NCBI GenBank assembly: GCA_937944165.1
Contig: CALDZF010000021.1
Coordinates: forward strand, 1 to 55,087
Origin: an uncultured Rhizobiaceae group bacterium
GTDB lineage: Bacteria > Pseudomonadota > Alphaproteobacteria > Rhizobiales > Rhizobiaceae
Direction: 5' to 3'
Length of the DNA: 55,087 bases
Part shown: in pieces, positions 50,655 through 55,087 of the stretch
Layout: every line of letters begins with the position of its first letter
Numbering within the stretch: position 1 is the first letter of the stretch
Notes under the pieces: generated by a model
What the model saw: only the letters and a program-made list of their open reading frames with translations
What the model was told of the DNA's origin: nothing
Databases searched by the model: none
Program-made: the position numbers and the translations under genes

Positions 50655-51540
50655 AATAAACCTTAAGCCAATAGCTTATGCTGGATTTTTTAGTATTCTA
50701 TATTTAAGTTTGGCGTTTGTTACAATCGGTAATGCGCAAGGCATTACAAAACCTAAACCCGTTGATCGTAAGAAATTTGTCGAACAGATTTGTTTTCGCA
50801 TTCAAGCAGTTGCAAAAGCACAAGACATTCCAGAAGCTTTTTTGGCGCGTCTAATCTGGAAAGAAAGTCGTTTTGATCCTAATGCAGTCAGTCCTGTAGG
50901 CGCACAAGGCATTGCCCAATTCATGCCAGGCACCGCTAAATTGCGCGGATTAAAAGACCCCTTTGAACCCCATCAGGCAATTGCTGCATCTGCCAGTTAT
51001 CTCATCGACTTAAGAAGAGAATTTGGTAATTGGGGTTTGGCGGCAGCAGCCTATAATGCTGGTCCAGGCCGTGTTGCTGATTGGCGAGCTGGCACTTCTG
51101 GTCTTCCATTTGAAACACAAGACTTTGTTGCAAGCATTACTGGCCATGCTGCAGAAGAGTGGAGCCAACCTGGTTTTCGAGAACCTAAATTCGGATTGAG
51201 TAAAACAGAAAACTTTTTAACTGCGTGCCAGAAATTTAGAACAAAATATTCATTGTTTAGAAACACCTCTATTAGTGTAAGCCCAGCTAAGCCTTGGGGC
51301 GTACAAGTTGCCGCACATTTTTCGCGCAACCAGGCTTTAAAAATATATTCAAAACTGCAAAGAAAATATCCAACATTGCTAAAAGGTAAAAAACCACAAG
51401 TCATCCGAAAACGAAACCGTAGCTTTGGCAATCGCCCGAGGTATAATGTACGTATCGGTGTAAACTCTCGCACTGAGGGAGATAAATTTTGCAGTCGTCT
51501 CAAGAGAGCAGGCGCAAGTTGCATTGTTTTGAAAAACTAA
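50638..51540 (+). CDS. Lytic transglycosylase (SLT domain) with C-terminal SPOR-like domain
   Basis: Catalytic Glu context WKESRFDPNAVSPVGAQGIAQFMP and AAYNAGPGRV. The C-terminal WGVQVAAHFS...YNVRIGVNSRTEGDKFCSRLKRAGASCIVL is SPOR-like. Confidence 0.8.
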   Translation: MGQIVRINLKPIAYAGFFSILYLSLAFVTIGNAQGITKPKPVDRKKFVEQICFRIQAVAKAQDIPEAFLARLIWKESRFDPNAVSPVGAQGIAQFMPGTAKLRGLKDPFEPHQAIAASASYLIDLRREFGNWGLAAAAYNAGPGRVADWRAGTSGLPFETQDFVASITGHAAEEWSQPGFREPKFGLSKTENFLTACQKFRTKYSLFRNTSISVSPAKPWGVQVAAHFSRNQALKIYSKLQRKYPTLLKGKKPQVIRKRNRSFGNRPRYNVRIGVNSRTEGDKFCSRLKRAGASCIVLKN

Positions 51541-51615
51541 TAAAGCTTTGCTTGAAGCTATATTTTCTATCCACTAAAGTGGAGAATAAGTTCCATTGTA
51601 ACAAGAAAACCCAAT

Positions 51616-52089
51616 ATGATAAATGCAACGTTTTTCTATTCCATGCTCGCAGTTTTAGCAGGCGTCGCTGTGCCAATTCTTGCAACAATTAATTCAGCTT
51701 ACGGCCAGGCAATAGGAAATGTGCATTGGGCTTCCCTTACACTTTGTGTGGTCGCTTTCGTGACCATTTTCGTTGTTACATTAGTAAGCGGTGTAGGCGC
51801 CCCTGACATGGCAGTGTTTAAAAACATTTCCTGGTGGCACTTTTTGGGAGGTTGCTTTTTTGCGATTTATATCGTTTCCATAACGTTTGTCGCGCCAAAG
51901 ATTGGCGTGGGTAATGCGATTATCTTTGTTGTTGTGGCGCAGATTTTCACCGCCGTTACCATAGACCACTTCGGCCTGCTCGGCGCTTCTATCCAACAAT
52001 TGGACTGGAAACGCTCGCTGGGCGTCATTTTCCTGATTATCGGCGTAGCGTTAGCACGTTCAACACCATCATCCGGTGGTGACGCATAG
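51616..52089 (+). CDS. DMT-superfamily membrane protein, YdcZ/DUF606-like
   Basis: 157 aa with five TM helices and the size and pattern of DUF606. Confidence 0.6.
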   Translation: MINATFFYSMLAVLAGVAVPILATINSAYGQAIGNVHWASLTLCVVAFVTIFVVTLVSGVGAPDMAVFKNISWWHFLGGCFFAIYIVSITFVAPKIGVGNAIIFVVVAQIFTAVTIDHFGLLGASIQQLDWKRSLGVIFLIIGVALARSTPSSGGDA

Positions 52090-52094
52090 ATTTA

Positions 52095-52868
52095 CTAGCT
52101 CGCTTTCTTCGCACCTTTTTGCATGAACGCCATGAAGGCTTGTTTGGCTTCTTCTGATTCCAGTCTTTCCCCAAACAGCACCGCTTCTTCACGCATACGC
52201 TTCAAGATATCTGCACGATCACCTCTGAGCATATCCCTTGAAAGTTTAAGCGCTTCTTGTGGTTTTGTAGCAATATTTTGTGCAGCTTGTTTGGCTATGA
52301 CTTCAAGTTCTTCTGAAGAAGTGACTTTATTAACAAAGCCTGCGTCTTTTGCATCTTTACTTGAAAAACTCTCCCCCATGCCAAGCAGCGCGAAAGCTTT
52401 ATGATAGCCCATCATTTCTGGGCCAATCAGGCTTGAGCCAGCTTCTGGTACAAGGCCTAAATCAACGAAAGGCGTTTTGAAAAGCGAAGTATCTGAGGCA
52501 ACCACATAATCACAGTGCATCAACATGGTTGTACCAATACCAATCGCCAAACCATCCACACCTGCTATCAATGGCTTGGGTGCCTGAATGATGCGCTCTA
52601 AAAAACCGAAAACGGACATATCTTCACGATTGCCACTCATGGCGACTTGCATGAAATCACCGATGTCATTGCCAGATGAAAACGCACCTGTTGAACCCAA
52701 AATTAGGATGGCATTCACATCCTCATTAGCATTTGCCTCGTCCAGACCCGCCGACATGCGCGAATACATATCCCCTGTGAGTGCATTCTTTTTGTCAGGA
52801 CGGTTCATGCGAATGGTCATAACGCCATCTGAGATTGACGTTTGAATACGATCAGCTAATTCGGTCAT
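52095..52868 (-). CDS. Enoyl-CoA hydratase/isomerase family protein
   Basis: Crotonase fold with GSTGAFSSGNDI and oxyanion-hole region AGVDGLAIGIGTTM. Confidence 0.88.
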   Translation of the reverse strand: MTELADRIQTSISDGVMTIRMNRPDKKNALTGDMYSRMSAGLDEANANEDVNAILILGSTGAFSSGNDIGDFMQVAMSGNREDMSVFGFLERIIQAPKPLIAGVDGLAIGIGTTMLMHCDYVVASDTSLFKTPFVDLGLVPEAGSSLIGPEMMGYHKAFALLGMGESFSSKDAKDAGFVNKVTSSEELEVIAKQAAQNIATKPQEALKLSRDMLRGDRADILKRMREEAVLFGERLESEEAKQAFMAFMQKGAKKAS

Positions 52869-52883
52869 AGGATTATCCTGCCT

Positions 52884-52897
52884 TTAATAGGTTCCAG
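52884..52897 (-). repeat. Partial copy of the dispersed repeat core
   Basis: The minus strand reads CTGGAACCTATTAA, an 11-nt exact match to the core GAACCTATTAA. It starts 6 nt downstream of the 177-aa ORF stop, in the same orientation relative to the gene as the other copies. Confidence 0.4.
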
Positions 52898-52903
52898 ATT
52901 TTT

Positions 52904-53437
52904 TTATTTTTGATGTGACATAAATACTTTTATTAACTCATTACATCTTGTTTCAGATAACAAAAGACAAGAGTCTCCAGCCATTGAGTTTTTTCCATTA
53001 AATCTAAACTTCTTTGTTTTAGTATCTTGCTCAAGAGTTAATAGTTTTTCCAAAATAGATTTTTTATAAATAACTTTTGCCCTAAAATTATCCATTGAAT
53101 GGACTGACACTACGCATGGAACAATCCTTTTTGTTTTTCTATTTTGACCAATTACGCAGATATTATGTGCACCCGCCCCCCAAAACGGATGTGCAATATA
53201 AACTTTTGCACCGGGAGAAAATACCTTAGTTCCAAAGTATTTCTTATGTGGTTCTGGACCACCTCGTTCATCTTTAATTATATTCGCAACAACAGTCCAG
53301 GGTCCGGTGCCATCGGGTAAAAACTCATGCTGTGGATTATGACTTTCATATAATTCCAAATGCCTTGTTTGAGTATCTTCTAAACTCATCTTACGCTCAA
53401 GATTAAAAAATGAAGATACCCAACTTAAGAAATTCAT
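52904..53437 (-). CDS. Orphan 177-aa protein, function unknown
   Basis: Intact ORF whose ATG lies 2 nt after the acyl-CoA dehydrogenase stop, with AGGA upstream. Much more AT-rich by eye than both neighbours. I recognise no motif. Confidence 0.5.
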   Translation of the reverse strand: MNFLSWVSSFFNLERKMSLEDTQTRHLELYESHNPQHEFLPDGTGPWTVVANIIKDERGGPEPHKKYFGTKVFSPGAKVYIAHPFWGAGAHNICVIGQNRKTKRIVPCVVSVHSMDNFRAKVIYKKSILEKLLTLEQDTKTKKFRFNGKNSMAGDSCLLLSETRCNELIKVFMSHQK

Positions 53438-53439
53438 TA

Positions 53440-55087
53440 TTATCCTGCTTTCAAGAGTTCACCAGCAGCAAGCAGACTGTCTGCACCACTTGTGACGGTA
53501 GATTTTAATGCGGCACATTCTGCTGCAAAATTTTCAGCGTAGAAGCGAGCCAGACTTGCTCTGTCTTTTTCATTGTCAGCAAGACCTGCTTTGGCAAGAT
53601 AACAACCGCCCGCTGCCAAGCCAAAGAGGCGTTGATAAGGTGTAGCCCCTGAAAGCGTTTCATCAAGCTTGCCTTCTGACATTTGAGCCAGAAGCCAATC
53701 GGTTGCTTCTTCAACTTCGTTCAAAGCGCCATCGAGCAGTTCTGCTGTTTTACCAAAACCATCATGGTTTGCGCCACGCACATCTTCAACGATGCTGCGC
53801 AAATCAGCAATATAAGCTTTCACTGCATCACCACCTGAAAGCGGCAGTTTGCGTGTTACGAGGTCAATCGCCTGGATGCCGTTTGTGCCTTCATAAATCG
53901 GATTGATGCGCGCGTCTCTCATATATTGAGCAGCACCTGTTTCTTCGATGAAGCCCATACCGCCATGGATTTGCACGCCAATGGAAGCGACTTCACATCC
54001 TATGTCTGTTGAGAAAGCTTTTGCAATTGGCGTTAGAATGCCAGCACGTTCTGCCCACATTTTAGCTTCTTCACCTTCACTCCTATGCTGCATATCAAGC
54101 GCGTAGGCACATGAATAACAAATGCCGCGAGCAGCATTGGTCATGGATTTCATGGTCAGGAGATTACGCTGGACATCGGGATGATGAACGATAGGAGCCA
54201 TGCCCTCGCCTTCATAGCTGGATGCTTTCCCCTGTTTGCGTTCATTGGCATAATTAAGCGCGTGTTGATACGCTGCTTCACCAATTGCCACGCCTTGCGT
54301 ACCAACATTAAGCCGAGCGTTGTTCATCATGGTGAACATGCAAGCTAACCCACAATTTTCTTCACCAATAAGATATCCAATGGCACCTGGTTCTGTACCT
54401 TCAAAACCATCGCCATAAATCATAACGCAAGTTGGTGAACCGTGAATGCCGATTTTGTGCTCGATTGATTGACAGAATGCATCGTTGCGCGCGCCGAGGC
54501 TTCCATCGTCATTGACCAAGAACTTAGGCACAAGAAAAAGTGAAATGCCCCGCGTACCAGCAGGTGCATCTGGCAATCTGGCTAAAACCAGATGACAGAT
54601 GTTTTCTGTCATATCGTGTTCACCATAGGTGATGAAAATCTTCTGACCAAAAATACGATAGCTACCATCACCAGCAGGCTTTGCTTGTGTCTTGAGCGCG
54701 GCCAAATCAGAACCGCAGGCTGGTTCCGTTAAGTTCATTGTTCCTGTCCATTCTCCTGACACGAGTTTTTCAAGGTATTTAGCTTTGAGCTCATCAGAGC
54801 CATGCGTTGCAACCGCTTCAATCGCACCGATTGTCAACAAGGGACAAAGTGCAAACCCCATGGAAGCCGAGTTCCACATTTCAGACGCTGCAACGGCCAA
54901 CATGTTGGGCAGGCCTTGTCCGCCAAATTCTTCTGGGCCAGAAATTGCGTTCCAACCGCCCTCGCTCCAGTCTTTGTAGGTTTCTGCAAAACCTGGAGGC
55001 GTTGTTACAACCGCATTTTCCAGTTTCGCACCAATCGTATCCGCATCACGATTTAACGGTGCTATACGTTCACTTGCAAACTTTCCA
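53440..55087 (-). CDS. Large acyl-CoA dehydrogenase (about 600-aa class), N-terminus outside the window
   Basis: The track ORF starts at an internal Met (54903). I translated 54904-55087 in the same frame and found no stop (...GKFASERIAPLNRDADTIGAKLENAVVTTPPGFAETYKDWSEGGWNAISGPEEFGGQGLPNMLAVAASEMW). ACAD motifs TEPACGSD and IYEGTNGIQ are present. Confidence 0.88.
   Translation of the reverse strand, partial: GKFASERIAPLNRDADTIGAKLENAVVTTPPGFAETYKDWSEGGWNAISGPEEFGGQGLPNMLAVAASEMWNSASMGFALCPLLTIGAIEAVATHGSDELKAKYLEKLVSGEWTGTMNLTEPACGSDLAALKTQAKPAGDGSYRIFGQKIFITYGEHDMTENICHLVLARLPDAPAGTRGISLFLVPKFLVNDDGSLGARNDAFCQSIEHKIGIHGSPTCVMIYGDGFEGTEPGAIGYLIGEENCGLACMFTMMNNARLNVGTQGVAIGEAAYQHALNYANERKQGKASSYEGEGMAPIVHHPDVQRNLLTMKSMTNAARGICYSCAYALDMQHRSEGEEAKMWAERAGILTPIAKAFSTDIGCEVASIGVQIHGGMGFIEETGAAQYMRDARINPIYEGTNGIQAIDLVTRKLPLSGGDAVKAYIADLRSIVEDVRGANHDGFGKTAELLDGALNEVEEATDWLLAQMSEGKLDETLSGATPYQRLFGLAAGGCYLAKAGLADNEKDRASLARFYAENFAAECAALKSTVTSGADSLLAAGELLKAG

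Overview
This 55-kb AT-rich window is mostly conserved alphaproteobacterial chromosome. Gene content and order suggest Hyphomicrobiales/Rhizobiales: ctaC-ctaD-ctaB-small ORF-ctaG-ctaE, then SURF1-ispH-thrB-rnhA, plus ccrM, ialB, tldD and a divergent DUF721(DciA)/mutY pair. About 55 protein genes are supported, covering housekeeping functions: smc, thrC, aroC, ribBA, fabI, pdxH, xseB, tlyA, an RNA methyltransferase, a peroxiredoxin, SCO1, beta-oxidation genes and a 7TM-PAS-GGDEF-EAL sensor. I found no rRNA, tRNA, CRISPR array, transposase, integrase or prophage genes, and no multi-gene cluster of unknown proteins that would suggest a novel defence or secretion system.

The unusual material is small and scattered:
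- A solitary Fic gene sits between tldD and pdxH. Three phased ACTATAA-N15-TTATAG palindromes precede it, and the last one encloses its start codon.
- A short dispersed repeat (core GAACCTATTAA) recurs at gene ends. Two inverted copies form a 283-bp palindromic, MITE-like or structured-RNA-like element upstream of tlyA.
- Several visibly AT-rich orphan genes interrupt otherwise conserved neighbourhoods: a secreted DUF11-type protein between mutY and ccrM, a secreted SGNH-like hydrolase, and a 177-aa orphan inside an acyl-CoA dehydrogenase/enoyl-CoA hydratase pair.

All functional calls come from motif recognition by eye in the supplied translations. No database search was run.
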